From assembly GCA_964407685.1 (NCBI GenBank), contig CAYOWI010000003.1, positions 1,681 through 65,680 of the forward strand: a stretch of DNA of 64,000 nt, read 5' to 3'. The stretch's first letter is position 1, and every line of letters begins with the position of its first letter. Position numbers and translations under genes: made by a program. Positions 55,085-64,000 of the stretch are shown piece by piece. The DNA comes from an uncultured Muribaculaceae bacterium. Lineage in GTDB: Bacteria; Bacillota_I; Bacilli_A; RF39; UBA660. Under the pieces are notes generated by a model, which ran no database searches, was not told the DNA's origin, and worked only from the letters and a program-made list of their open reading frames with translations.

Positions 55085-56098
55085 TTATCTTTCCCTTTCC
55101 TTAGATTTTTTACTTTTTACATAATCATTTTTTTTATATAACTCTCTTCCTCTATACATAATAGAAGTTATATGTGAAAATTCAAAATCTTCTTTCCATC
55201 TATTATTTTCTTTATTTAATGAATTTTCTTTTATAAAATCAGATACTTTATAATAAGCAGCACCAAAGCCATATCCATTATTTTCATCGTTTGCTAAAGC
55301 CCGTTTTAATATAGGGTAATCATATTTAAAAGTTAAAGTTTTCTTATTATACATTATTGTTATATTTAGCTTTTTTGCATCAATATTTTTAATAGAATTA
55401 TACATTTTCTTTTTCATATATAAATCATTAAACTCATAACCATAATTCGTTTTAATTTTATTTAAAAGCTTAATTGCATCATCATATAAAAGCAATGCTA
55501 CTCCTAAACTTTCTTTATTATTGTCAATAATAAGATTCGCATATTTACTAATCGTTTTATCAGCATTATTTAAATATTCAATAAAAATATTTCCGTTTTT
55601 ATAATCTTTTAAACAGGTGACATCGCTCTCTGAATAAAACTTTGGTAGTTCAATCTCAGTATCATCATTTGTTATAAAAAAACGTCTTACATCAGAATTA
55701 TACCTTTTAACTCTATAATCATCTGAATTGCTATATTCATATGAAGCTAATCTTTCAAGTTCTTCCTTGTTTTCAAAAGAATATTTTTCAATATATTCTT
55801 CTATTTTATTGGTAAACTCTTTTTCTAAATCATCAAAACTTTTTATAGATATAATAGTTTGGCCTGAAAAAAGTTTTCTTAATGTATAATCGCATCCATA
55901 TATTATTTTATCCTTAGTATCAAAATACCCACCGACCGTATAGTCATCTTGCATAAGTCCTTCATTATAATGCTTCTCATATAAAATAGTAAATCTATCA
56001 TCAAATTTTTCTTTATGAATTTTCACTTTCCCATAAACTACATCAAATATATTGTCATTTAGTTCTTCATTAATCAATAAATTTTCTATACTACTCAT
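55085..56098 (-). CDS. Hypothetical protein (337 aa) within the T4SS operon
   Basis: ORF only; tightly packed with its neighbours. Confidence 0.5.
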   Translation of the reverse strand: MSSIENLLINEELNDNIFDVVYGKVKIHKEKFDDRFTILYEKHYNEGLMQDDYTVGGYFDTKDKIIYGCDYTLRKLFSGQTIISIKSFDDLEKEFTNKIEEYIEKYSFENKEELERLASYEYSNSDDYRVKRYNSDVRRFFITNDDTEIELPKFYSESDVTCLKDYKNGNIFIEYLNNADKTISKYANLIIDNNKESLGVALLLYDDAIKLLNKIKTNYGYEFNDLYMKKKMYNSIKNIDAKKLNITIMYNKKTLTFKYDYPILKRALANDENNGYGFGAAYYKVSDFIKENSLNKENNRWKEDFEFSHITSIMYRGRELYKKNDYVKSKKSKERER

Positions 56099-56106
56099 AA
56101 ACTCAC

Positions 56107-56637
56107 CTATCTATCATCTCTTTCATAATCTCTTTTGTTAAACATGTTATTTTCATGTTCTTCAAATTTATTAGATTCCCTTACTACATGAGCTTGCAAT
56201 GCTGGGTTATCTTTAGCTTCTTTAAATGCTGATATAATATCTTCATTTAAAAAGTGAAAATCCTTTTTTTCTACTGATTTCTTATCATCAATAAATTCTT
56301 TAGTATATTCAATAGCTATTTGTTCATCCACTCTTAAATCTTTTGGATTAAGTCCTAAATCCATGCATAATAAAGCCTGATTAAAATACTTTTCATCTTC
56401 CTTTTTTAAGTTATTTAATTGCGTATACATAATGGTTAAAAATTGTCTACTCGTAATATCACTCATATATTTTTCTGTTACTTGATCCAATATTTTTTCA
56501 TAATGAATAGCAGGTACTCTAGTAGGTACCTGTGTTTCAGGATTTATATATTTATAAGTCATATCACTTATACTCTTACTCATATCTTTAATTTTTAATT
56601 GCGTAAAATCATCATATTGTCTTCTCATAAAAACCAT
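56107..56637 (-). CDS. Hypothetical protein (176 aa) within the T4SS operon
   Basis: ORF only. Confidence 0.5.
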   Translation of the reverse strand: MVFMRRQYDDFTQLKIKDMSKSISDMTYKYINPETQVPTRVPAIHYEKILDQVTEKYMSDITSRQFLTIMYTQLNNLKKEDEKYFNQALLCMDLGLNPKDLRVDEQIAIEYTKEFIDDKKSVEKKDFHFLNEDIISAFKEAKDNPALQAHVVRESNKFEEHENNMFNKRDYERDDR

Positions 56638-56643
56638 CTCCTA

Positions 56644-56970
56644 TCATCTTTCTTTTGTCTTCTTTATTTTTTCCATTTGATTTGCAATATTTATGTATTC
56701 TGAAGCTATACTAGAAAAAGCCCAATATTGGTAATCATTTTTCATTTCTTTAGATATATAATTTATTATTTTTTTTATTTGTTTTGTGGTTAAAGGCTTT
56801 TCATAAAATATTTTTAATTCTCTCTGTTGAAATTCTGTACCCAAAGATAATTGTAAAGGAGTATCACTTAAATATTTTAATTTCACTAGACTATGTGCTA
56901 ATACATCTCTATATACTGAATCTAAACTATATAAACTATTTTCAATATTATCTACTGTAATTTTTATCAT
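56644..56970 (-). CDS. Hypothetical protein (108 aa) within the T4SS operon
   Basis: ORF only. Confidence 0.45.
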   Translation of the reverse strand: MIKITVDNIENSLYSLDSVYRDVLAHSLVKLKYLSDTPLQLSLGTEFQQRELKIFYEKPLTTKQIKKIINYISKEMKNDYQYWAFSSIASEYINIANQMEKIKKTKER

Positions 56971-56981
56971 AAATTTTTCTC

Positions 56982-57818
56982 CTATAATCCCATCATCTCT
57001 TTAACTACTCTATCAGCTAGTTTCACCGTTCCTACTAAAACCAACATATTAAATATTAATTCACTTACATATTTCCATGCTTGAGTTACTGCTGCTGCAT
57101 TTGAGTCCACTACTGGCGGTGAAGATGCAAACAAGGTAAAAATTATACACGCAAGTACTATAATTGCACCCTCCATACAAACACCAATATATGATTTTAT
57201 AAAACTACGCCCAACATTCTGAGTTGTTTCACCCGCAAAGGTTGATAACGGTACTGGTGCAATGGCGGTATATAAATACAATTTAAAAAATCTTCCATAA
57301 ACGGTCATTATCATAATAAATGAAAGAACGGTTATAACTAATCCACCTACTAAAGTAACAACCCATAGCGGTATAGAATCCATAAAACTACAACTTTCAA
57401 TAGTAGCTATAAGACTATCTGGAAGTACGGTATTTGATGAAAACCTTATACCAGCATTTTTTATAATAGTTGATATAATACCTTGAACTATTTTAAATAT
57501 TGCAAGCATTAACTCTAAGCCATAAGTAACAATTCCTTTTGCAATTGCAAATCTTATGAAATGTTTTAAAGCATGTTCTGGCTTTTTTATATCCTGAAAA
57601 GACGTACAAGTCTTAACAATACTTACTACAAAAAACAAAACTAAAAGAGCTAGGCCAATTGCTTGCATAGCTCCATGAATATCTTTAATAACATTCCATA
57701 TAACACCATCTTTAAAAGTTTCAGGTGTTTCCATAATTAAATTCCATATTTCACTTAGCTTAGAATCCCAAGTTGATAAGGCATTTTGTAAGTTCTGAAC
57801 GACCCAATTATCACTCAT
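56982..57818 (-). CDS. VirB6/TrbL-like polytopic T4SS membrane protein (CD0415/CD1112-type)
   Basis: 278 aa with at least 5 TM segments; positioned between Maff2 and the VirB4 block. Confidence 0.65.
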   Translation of the reverse strand: MSDNWVVQNLQNALSTWDSKLSEIWNLIMETPETFKDGVIWNVIKDIHGAMQAIGLALLVLFFVVSIVKTCTSFQDIKKPEHALKHFIRFAIAKGIVTYGLELMLAIFKIVQGIISTIIKNAGIRFSSNTVLPDSLIATIESCSFMDSIPLWVVTLVGGLVITVLSFIMIMTVYGRFFKLYLYTAIAPVPLSTFAGETTQNVGRSFIKSYIGVCMEGAIIVLACIIFTLFASSPPVVDSNAAAVTQAWKYVSELIFNMLVLVGTVKLADRVVKEMMGL

Positions 57819-57849
57819 GATGTATCACCTCCTCATAGCAATAAAAAAA

Positions 57850-58170
57850 TTATCCAGCAATCATATTTATTATTTCTTTTGAGAACGTAATAATAATTCC
57901 TCCAGCAACAGTTAAAATACTATTTGCTCTCTGTGATGGATCATGACTTTTTAATGATAGTCCAAATTGAACAACACCAAAGCCTAACATAATCATTCCT
58001 ATTGCTCTCATTAGTGTAAAAATAAAATCAGACAGATTATTTACAACAGCAATCGGATCATCAGCTGCAAAAACTGGTGTCATAGTTCCAAACATAATAA
58101 AAAAGAGCAAAACCCCCATAACATAAATTCTATAAACTTTGTATAATTTTTTTTCGTATTTATTTTTCAT
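57850..58170 (-). CDS. Maff2-family small membrane protein
   Basis: Signal/TM region, then FAADDPIAVVNNL..., and two further TMs (GMIMLGFGVVQFGLSL; ILTVAGGIIITF). Confidence 0.65.
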   Translation of the reverse strand: MKNKYEKKLYKVYRIYVMGVLLFFIMFGTMTPVFAADDPIAVVNNLSDFIFTLMRAIGMIMLGFGVVQFGLSLKSHDPSQRANSILTVAGGIIITFSKEIINMIAG

Positions 58171-59965
58171 TTCTTTCCCTCCTAATTAAATACTCTTCAA
58201 TATTTTCCGAAGATATAACTTCATAATCACTATCCGTATCATTATTTAAAGTAGCTTTTTGCTCCTCTAATAAAACATCATAATTAATATTAATAGAAGC
58301 AACCGCTTTATCGCATTCTCCATGAATATATGGTTTAGCACCACCTATAAGTGACTTTTTAACGTTAATATGCCGTAATACATCATACTTTAAATCTTTT
58401 ATTGGCCTTTCACCCCGTATAAAAAGAAGTGCATACTTATTATCAAGCCTGGCTAATTCATCAGGTGTCATTAGTTCTCTACCACTTATTTGATAATTAG
58501 TAGAATAATTACCAGAACGTCCACTACTTTTACCATACGTATTCATATCTATTGTAGCTTTTCCTAACAACTCACTTGCATATTTATGCACAGATTGCTC
58601 ATTTCCACCAAGATATAAAAATTCATCGCAGTTACCAACTATACTTTCCCATTGTTTTTCAAATAAAGCCTTAATTTGAGCTAAATTTTGTAATATTATT
58701 GATACGAAAATCTGCCTAGATCGAATCACAGACAAAATCTTTTCAAAATCATTAGGAAGACTTACGTTATTAAATTCATCCATTAAAAAATGAACTGGAA
58801 TTGGTAAACTACCACCGTACTTATAATCAGCCAAAAAAAACAACCGTTGAAACAGTTGTGTGTATAATATACTAACTAAAAAATTAAATGATGAATCATT
58901 ATCTGGAATAATAGCAAATAATGCTACCTTTTTATTACCAAATGAATCTAATTCTAATTCATCGGTAGCTGTTAAAGAAGCAACACTATCCAAGTTAAAT
59001 TTTTCAAGTTTAGATACTAACGTAATCTGAATAGATTTTAAAGTTTTCGCAGAGCCACTACGGTAATTTTTATAATATTTAACCGCAATATGATTAGGTT
59101 CTCTTTCCTCTAACCTTTCAAATAATAAATCTAGTGGACTCGAATACATATCATCGTCTTCCTTAACATCTCCATAGCGAATCATTTCCATTACCATCGA
59201 AAAATTTTGTTCTTCTTCTGGAGCTTCGTGCTTTAGGTAAAAGATTAAAGCAGATAATAGCATACTAGCAGCAGTATCCCAAAAAGGATCTGATGCCGTG
59301 CCTACTTTAGGCGTAGTAGATTTAAATATATTAGTTACTAACCTTTGAACGTCATTATCATTAGTTACATATACGATTGGATTATAACAATGACTACGTT
59401 CCATATTTATTAAATCAAGAACCTTAACTTCATAACCTTCACTTTTTAAAAAACCCCCAGTTGCTCTTATTATCTCTCCTTTAGGATCTAAAATAACGTA
59501 TGAAGTATTAGCTTGTAAAATATTAGGTATAGCATAAAACCTTGTTTTCCCAGCACCTGATCCACCTATAACCAGTGTATTAAGATTTCTTCTATGGATT
59601 CTACCATCTAAACCAATTGATACATTATTAGTTAATAGTTTATTATTACAAGATGGAGCTTGATAATACTTCTTTTTAATAGTAGATATATTCCCCCATC
59701 TCGCAGAACCATGCTCTTCACCTTTACGGTAATTTCTTTTGGTAGCAATATATACACCTATTCCCATTAAATAAATAAAACTGAATATACATATTACTTT
59801 AAAACTATCATTACACCAAATAATACGGAATGGATTATCTATTAAACTCGGAAATATTTTTATTATTCCAAATAATCCTTGATTTATATAAGGTGCTGTT
59901 AAAAGAGCCAACCAAATACATGGTATTAAACCAAATATATATAATAAAATATTACTTTTATTCAT
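58160..59965 (-). CDS. virD4: Type IV coupling protein (VirD4/TraG family)
   Basis: 601 aa with N-terminal TMs, Walker A VIGGSGAGKTRF and Walker B region HFLMDEF. Confidence 0.9.
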   Translation of the reverse strand: MNKSNILLYIFGLIPCIWLALLTAPYINQGLFGIIKIFPSLIDNPFRIIWCNDSFKVICIFSFIYLMGIGVYIATKRNYRKGEEHGSARWGNISTIKKKYYQAPSCNNKLLTNNVSIGLDGRIHRRNLNTLVIGGSGAGKTRFYAIPNILQANTSYVILDPKGEIIRATGGFLKSEGYEVKVLDLINMERSHCYNPIVYVTNDNDVQRLVTNIFKSTTPKVGTASDPFWDTAASMLLSALIFYLKHEAPEEEQNFSMVMEMIRYGDVKEDDDMYSSPLDLLFERLEEREPNHIAVKYYKNYRSGSAKTLKSIQITLVSKLEKFNLDSVASLTATDELELDSFGNKKVALFAIIPDNDSSFNFLVSILYTQLFQRLFFLADYKYGGSLPIPVHFLMDEFNNVSLPNDFEKILSVIRSRQIFVSIILQNLAQIKALFEKQWESIVGNCDEFLYLGGNEQSVHKYASELLGKATIDMNTYGKSSGRSGNYSTNYQISGRELMTPDELARLDNKYALLFIRGERPIKDLKYDVLRHINVKKSLIGGAKPYIHGECDKAVASININYDVLLEEQKATLNNDTDSDYEVISSENIEEYLIRRERNEK

Positions 59966-59971
59966 ATTAAA

Positions 59972-60748
59972 TTATCTTTCCATATCTCTTTTTTTATTTG
60001 ATAATGCTATATTCTTAAAATGCTCTTGCATTTGGAAATTTATATCTCCCATAACATTTCTCATAGAATTTAACTCTGCTCGTATTTGCCATTGATCAAA
60101 TTTAGAAAACTCTTTAGGTACACTTAAATTATTAAAACAAGAAGTGTCTATATTATACCTATTACAAATCATATAAGATATAGATTGTCCTTTAAACTCT
60201 AGGAAAGGATCATTTACATTAAGTTTAGACTTCGCGTACTCGCAAGCTATATCTCTAAAGACAACACTTGCTCTAGGGTCTCTTTTAATATATAAAATTT
60301 TATCATTCCAATCCCATAAAGCATTTTTATCACTACCACTAATATCATCTAATACTTTAATGTCTTTTTCAATAGCATTTAACAAAGCTGTTAACTTAAT
60401 TCTATTATCATAATTTATTCGTGGTTTATAATTTGATGTAGTTTGGGATATATCATACATTTTAATAGCCGAATAAGATGTTGCCCCACCATCATCAGGT
60501 ATTAATTTTAATATATACCTATCATCTATAACATCAACAGCTAATCTATTCCATTGGTCTTCTGTCTTTACTTGTTTTGCTTTAGGAAATTGAGACGCTA
60601 CTAATAATGAATTACCTACCGAATCAATATCTAAATTACTTTGCACATTAAGATAATCAAAATATTTATTTGTATCATTTGTTATATCTATCGCCATTTT
60701 ACCGATTATATCATACGCCTTTTCTTCTAAACGTAAATCATCATTCAT
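59972..60748 (-). CDS. Hypothetical protein (258 aa)
   Basis: ORF between pcfB and the T4CP gene; no motif recognised. Confidence 0.5.
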   Translation of the reverse strand: MNDDLRLEEKAYDIIGKMAIDITNDTNKYFDYLNVQSNLDIDSVGNSLLVASQFPKAKQVKTEDQWNRLAVDVIDDRYILKLIPDDGGATSYSAIKMYDISQTTSNYKPRINYDNRIKLTALLNAIEKDIKVLDDISGSDKNALWDWNDKILYIKRDPRASVVFRDIACEYAKSKLNVNDPFLEFKGQSISYMICNRYNIDTSCFNNLSVPKEFSKFDQWQIRAELNSMRNVMGDINFQMQEHFKNIALSNKKRDMER

Positions 60749-60765
60749 AATCTATCACCTTCTTA

Positions 60766-61488
60766 TTATTTTGTTCTGGTATTTGATTTTATTTTTTTTA
60801 CCGTCTCTTTAGGATCTAAAATTTGATTATCCTTTGAATCAGCAAGTTTCTTTCGATCTATTTGCTTTTTTAAATTTTTTAAAGCCCTTCTAACAGACGG
60901 TTTTTTTCTTTTTTTAGAGCCCTCTTTTAAATGCTTCGAGATAGAATCGGACTGAGGGCTTTGTTCCGATTCTCGGTTGGGGTTTACTATAGGTTCATTA
61001 TCCTTTTGTCTATTTTTATTTTTCATTAAAATATCATCAACGACTTCTTCTTTAGCTTTATATTTTTCATCCTTAACCTTTTCTTCTTCCTTCTTAACAG
61101 AAGCCTTTTCAAATGCTGAAAATTTAAATCTTTCAAAAATACGATTTATTTTTGCTGCATCCTCTGCTCTTACAATAATATCAACTAATCCATCTTTTTT
61201 ATACTGCTTATTATTAACAATGACGGTATACAAAACTCCATATTTTTTTGCTTCTTTTGCAAACTTTTTTAAATCATCCTTACTTAGTGTAAATACTTTT
61301 AGTTCTTTACCAGATCTAAGCATATTGTTTAAAGTAGATTTCCCTCTAGTTTTTGTTTTACCTTTAGAAATTGCTAGTAATGCTGCCCCTACGTTTTTAG
61401 CTGCCGACCCAGTTATCCGAAGTGCAACTTGGGTACCTTCTAAAGTCATCTTTACCATTGATTCAGCTGCGTCACTTGATGAGTTCAT
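60766..61488 (-). CDS. PcfB-family (DUF3801) conjugation protein
   Basis: N-terminal domain ...EGTQVALRITGSAAKNVGAALLAI...ELKVFTLSKDDLKKFAKEAKKYGVLY; basic C-tail. Confidence 0.7.
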   Translation of the reverse strand: MNSSSDAAESMVKMTLEGTQVALRITGSAAKNVGAALLAISKGKTKTRGKSTLNNMLRSGKELKVFTLSKDDLKKFAKEAKKYGVLYTVIVNNKQYKKDGLVDIIVRAEDAAKINRIFERFKFSAFEKASVKKEEEKVKDEKYKAKEEVVDDILMKNKNRQKDNEPIVNPNRESEQSPQSDSISKHLKEGSKKRKKPSVRRALKNLKKQIDRKKLADSKDNQILDPKETVKKIKSNTRTK

Positions 61489-62821
61489 TTATACATTCCT
61501 CCTTTTCTTTTTCATTTTCAAAATCTTTTACATTCTTTTCTATTACTTTAGATTTCTCTTCTATTTCAACACATAATTTCACCTCCTCTCTTAGTTTTAC
61601 TATTTCCTTAAATAAGGAAACAATCTTAGTTTTAATTACTTCCTTATCATTATTATTGGCTTTCTTATGTTGATACCATAATTTACTGCGTTCATATAAT
61701 AATAGATCCAGCTTATTTTTAAGAGTATTACTATAAGAAAAAAATTGCTCATAAGTTTTAATTTTATTACTTACAAGCAAGTTAGTTTGTTTAGATATAC
61801 TTTCCATTTTATTAACATCTGCCCTTATTGATGCAGATAATCTTTGTCTAGGATTTTGCTGTGGAAAAACTTTTAATAAATAGCAATAATATAAGTATAA
61901 ACCATACAACCCTTTATGTTTATCCCTTACCCGTATACTTTTAGCCTTACTTTTTCTTTTAATTCCATATTCTTCTATGAATGGTATTCCTTGCTCATAG
62001 GTGTCATTAATACGTTCTTTTATTCTATCCATACTATATTCTTCACCAAAGTTTCTCTCAATCCTAATATTTTTTTTATAAGGTTCTCTTCTTATACTCA
62101 TAATATTCTTGCCTCGGTATATAATTTCATAATCCATGGCCTTCATAAGATTTTCAAAATCTTTATATGAATAAGCCTGTGCAATAGCTCTGTCAATATC
62201 ATTTTTTGCGGTTACATAATATGTATCATTTGAAACATAATTACCATAGTAATTAGCATAATTTATCTTACTACGTCTACAAGGTTTTTCTTTTAAAACG
62301 CTAAGTCCATATTCTTCACATAATGAATCTGATAGTTGTCTTAATTTAGCATAATTAACTCTATTATCATAATATTTTTTGCCATCCTTAAAAGATACAG
62401 AATTAATAACAAAATGATTATGGATATGATTTGTATTAATATGCGTTGATACTACAACTTCAAATCTATCTCCCCACATTTCTTCAGCTAGTTTAACACC
62501 AATAGCATGAGCTTTTTCTGGAGTAACTTCTCCCTCTGCAAAAGATTGAAATGCATGAAAACCAAGTATACCATTAGTTTTATTATATTGTTTTTTAGAC
62601 AATGTCATTTCCTCATAAGCACTTTCAACATTACAGTTTATACCTGAGGTATAATACTGTTCTTCACTTATAAAACCCATTCCATCATACTCATTAAGGT
62701 TATGTAAAACTTTGTAAGTTTCTTTACCATAGTTTTCATTGATTGTTTTTTCTATGTTAGTTACATAATCTATTACATGATCTAATCTTTTTTCTATTTT
62801 CCATATACCTGTTGTAGCCAT
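61472..62821 (-). CDS. Relaxase/mobilisation nuclease (MobA/VirD2 superfamily)
   Basis: N-terminus MATTGIWKIEKRLDHVIDYV, His-triad HINTNHIHNHFVINSV, coiled-coil C-terminus. Confidence 0.88.
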   Translation of the reverse strand: MATTGIWKIEKRLDHVIDYVTNIEKTINENYGKETYKVLHNLNEYDGMGFISEEQYYTSGINCNVESAYEEMTLSKKQYNKTNGILGFHAFQSFAEGEVTPEKAHAIGVKLAEEMWGDRFEVVVSTHINTNHIHNHFVINSVSFKDGKKYYDNRVNYAKLRQLSDSLCEEYGLSVLKEKPCRRSKINYANYYGNYVSNDTYYVTAKNDIDRAIAQAYSYKDFENLMKAMDYEIIYRGKNIMSIRREPYKKNIRIERNFGEEYSMDRIKERINDTYEQGIPFIEEYGIKRKSKAKSIRVRDKHKGLYGLYLYYCYLLKVFPQQNPRQRLSASIRADVNKMESISKQTNLLVSNKIKTYEQFFSYSNTLKNKLDLLLYERSKLWYQHKKANNNDKEVIKTKIVSLFKEIVKLREEVKLCVEIEEKSKVIEKNVKDFENEKEKEECINELIK

Positions 62822-62827
62822 AGTTCA

Positions 62828-63157
62828 TTATTCGTTTTCTTTTGGTAATAAAAACTCTTTTTTTACCTTAATCATAAATCTATTCCAATTTTCAGCTTCT
62901 TTTTTATATGATGAATAATCTATAAAATTAATTGAATTGGCTTTTCGTGCTATTTGATTAAGGTTATTACCAATTTCTCTCATTTCTTTCATTACATCGT
63001 AAAACCTATCGTCAGGTTTTTCTTTTGGTTCAAAACCAGTTATTAATTGTCTTATCAGTTCTGATTCTTTAAAACCTACCTTCTTAGCCTTCTTCTTTAA
63101 AAGCATGGCTTCTCCTCTATTTAACCATACCTGTTTTTTTATTTGTCTTTTTCTCAT
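62828..63157 (-). CDS. mobC: MobC-like relaxosome accessory protein
   Basis: Characteristic EMREIGNNLNQIARKAN motif. Confidence 0.8.
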   Translation of the reverse strand: MRKRQIKKQVWLNRGEAMLLKKKAKKVGFKESELIRQLITGFEPKEKPDDRFYDVMKEMREIGNNLNQIARKANSINFIDYSSYKKEAENWNRFMIKVKKEFLLPKENE

Positions 63158-63287
63158 CTTCTACCTCCTCATTATCTTTTTTATTATCAAGTTCATATAT
63201 TCTATTTATTTGTAATAAACACATAAGCGTTGTAGCAAATAAACCGCCTACCATCATTCCTAAAATAAAAAATAATAATTCTTTCAT
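63117..63287 (-). CDS. Small single-TM protein (56 aa), DUF3789-like
   Basis: Hand-found. SD GGAGA, then MKELLFFILGMMVGGLFATTLMCLLQINRIYELDNKKDNEEVEDEKKTNKKTGMVK*. It overlaps the mobC start by 41 nt. Confidence 0.45.
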   Translation of the reverse strand: MKELLFFILGMMVGGLFATTLMCLLQINRIYELDNKKDNEEVEDEKKTNKKTGMVK

Positions 63288-63313
63288 ATACAATTTCTCC
63301 TTTCAAAATATAT

Positions 63314-63348
63314 AAAAAGTTAGTACTAACATAGCACTAACTTTTTTT
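63314..63348 (-). terminator. Hairpin terminator between the 66-aa ORF and the DUF3789-like gene
   Basis: AAGTTAGT/ACTAACTT stem flanked by A5 and T7 runs. Confidence 0.5.
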
Positions 63349-63356
63349 ACATAAAA

Positions 63357-63557
63357 TTAATCTTCTATTAAATATATCTTTTTATGATAAACTAAAATTT
63401 CTTTTATCACTCTATTATTACCATCATATATACGGTAATAAGTACCCCAAAATCTTTTCCAATGCCACCAAAAAGATTTTTTATTCTTTTGTTTATTTCT
63501 ATTTATAGTCATAACTAATAACCTTTCAATATTATCTGGGGATTGGGGTTTCCCCAT
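63357..63557 (-). CDS. Hypothetical basic, Trp-rich protein (66 aa)
   Basis: ORF only (KKSFWWHWKRFWGTYYRIY). Its 5' end overlaps a GGGG-aaa-CCCC hairpin, so coding status is uncertain. Confidence 0.3.
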   Translation of the reverse strand: MGKPQSPDNIERLLVMTINRNKQKNKKSFWWHWKRFWGTYYRIYDGNNRVIKEILVYHKKIYLIED

Positions 63558-63560
63558 TTA

Positions 63561-63613
63561 TGAATATTTGCGGGAGTAAATATTCAGTGCTGGCTAGGAC
63601 ATAAAGGCCTAGC
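63561..63613. promoter_or_regulatory. Candidate oriT: two adjacent inverted repeats
   Basis: IR1 TGAATATTT-n8-AAATATTCA (63561-63586); IR2 GCTAGG-n9-CCTAGC (63593-63613). GC-richer intergenic DNA between the Toprim gene and the mob genes. Confidence 0.3.
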
Positions 63614-63622
63614 AACATAACT

Positions 63623-64000
63623 TTATATTCTGTCCCTATCACTTATCTTTTTTAATGTATTATCTTGTAATGTCCTTAAAAGATAGTCATTATAATCCTT
63701 TCCATATAATGGTGGATCATTAATTACTTCATAAAAAGGAGATAATGCAATTTTTATTGCACGTGCTGAAGAAATTCCAGCAGCATCATTATCTAAATGG
63801 AGTACTATTCTCTTAATATCCTTATAATGATCTAAATATGTAGTTAGTGTAGATGGTGCTTTACTATCTTCTATATTTTTAGAAGGACTATAAACACCAG
63901 CTAATGATATTAAAGTATCTCTTCTCCAATCTTTATTAACCATTTTAAGTAAAGTAGCATAAGATAATAAATCTATTACACTCTCAAACACATGAACTGT
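63623..64000 (-). CDS. Toprim-domain protein (DUF3991/Toprim primase-like), C-terminal part; gene continues beyond the window
   Basis: The frame is open to the window edge (..TVHVFESVIDLLSYATL..). Toprim acidic motif LHLDNDAAG. Confidence 0.7.
   Translation of the reverse strand, partial: TVHVFESVIDLLSYATLLKMVNKDWRRDTLISLAGVYSPSKNIEDSKAPSTLTTYLDHYKDIKRIVLHLDNDAAGISSARAIKIALSPFYEVINDPPLYGKDYNDYLLRTLQDNTLKKISDRDRI

Larger units (their letters stand above)
34879..64000. mobile_element. Integrative conjugative element (Firmicutes Maff2/PrgI/CD1110-type T4SS; Tn1549/CTn-like), right end beyond the window
   Basis: Contains int, xis, sigma-like regulators, cargo, CHAP hydrolase, VirB4, PrgI-like, VirB6-like, Maff2, T4CP, PcfB, relaxase, MobC and Toprim, all co-oriented on the minus strand and flanked on the left by the tRNA fragment. 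Confidence 0.85.

Noticed and set aside
60977-61576. 199-aa plus-strand ORF
   Set aside because: It is antisense to the PcfB and relaxase genes. The translation is Ser/Phe/Leu low-complexity sequence with no SD.

Overview
Very AT-rich, low-GC Firmicutes chromosome. It is evidently an endospore former, with CotZ/Y-, CotF- and CotD-like coat genes; codon usage is standard and TGA is used as a stop. All calls are by eye from the translations and DNA, with no database search run. LEFT ~35 kb is the core genome. It carries the SRP operon (ftsY-ylxM-ffh) and RNase J. It also carries the conserved rimP-nusA-ylxR-infB-rbfA...truB...rpsO-pnp block, all on the minus strand. That block is interrupted by accessory DNA: a GNAT-kinase fusion, dapA, a 535-aa coiled-coil protein, a stand-alone IS200/IS605-type tnpB with its presumed omega-RNA, and two small orphan genes where ribF normally sits. 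Further right are a CPBP protease, a phosphoesterase, an orphan histidine kinase, a SEDS protein, a split three-gene BcrAD/BadFG activase-like cluster, a frameshifted HD hydrolase, and four tRNAs (Glu, Ile, Ala, Pro). RIGHT ~29 kb (34879 to the window edge) is an integrative conjugative element (ICE). It abuts a 47-nt 3' fragment of a tRNA-Arg(CCG), the presumed att site. Reading along the minus strand from the right edge, it contains Toprim, a candidate oriT, a DUF3789-like gene, mobC and a relaxase. These are followed by PcfB, a T4CP, Maff2, a VirB6-like protein, three unknown genes, PrgI/VirB3-like, VirB4 and a CHAP hydrolase, then a small-regulator cluster. Next come two cargo operons, two sigma-70 region-4-like regulators, and xis and int. 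The most interesting content is the cargo. (i) A signal-peptide-less 747-aa peptidoglycan-binding/GH-like protein with a lipoprotein, followed by an M23-LysM hydrolase and a TcdE-type holin; this looks like a holin/endolysin-dependent export or bacteriocin module rather than a prophage. (ii) A secreted 149-aa protein with a MacB-type ABC transporter and a lipoprotein. Both operons carry the same ~100-nt upstream module: a near-palindromic AATTGWCAATT box, about 33 nt of spacer, then the palindrome TGTCCGGACA. Both sigma-like genes are preceded by the same arrangement: a long leader, an intrinsic terminator, 26-27 nt, then an SD-sequestering hairpin. Other notable items are a G9 tract in the promoter spacer of a TasA-like secreted protein and an A7 frameshift in the HD gene.
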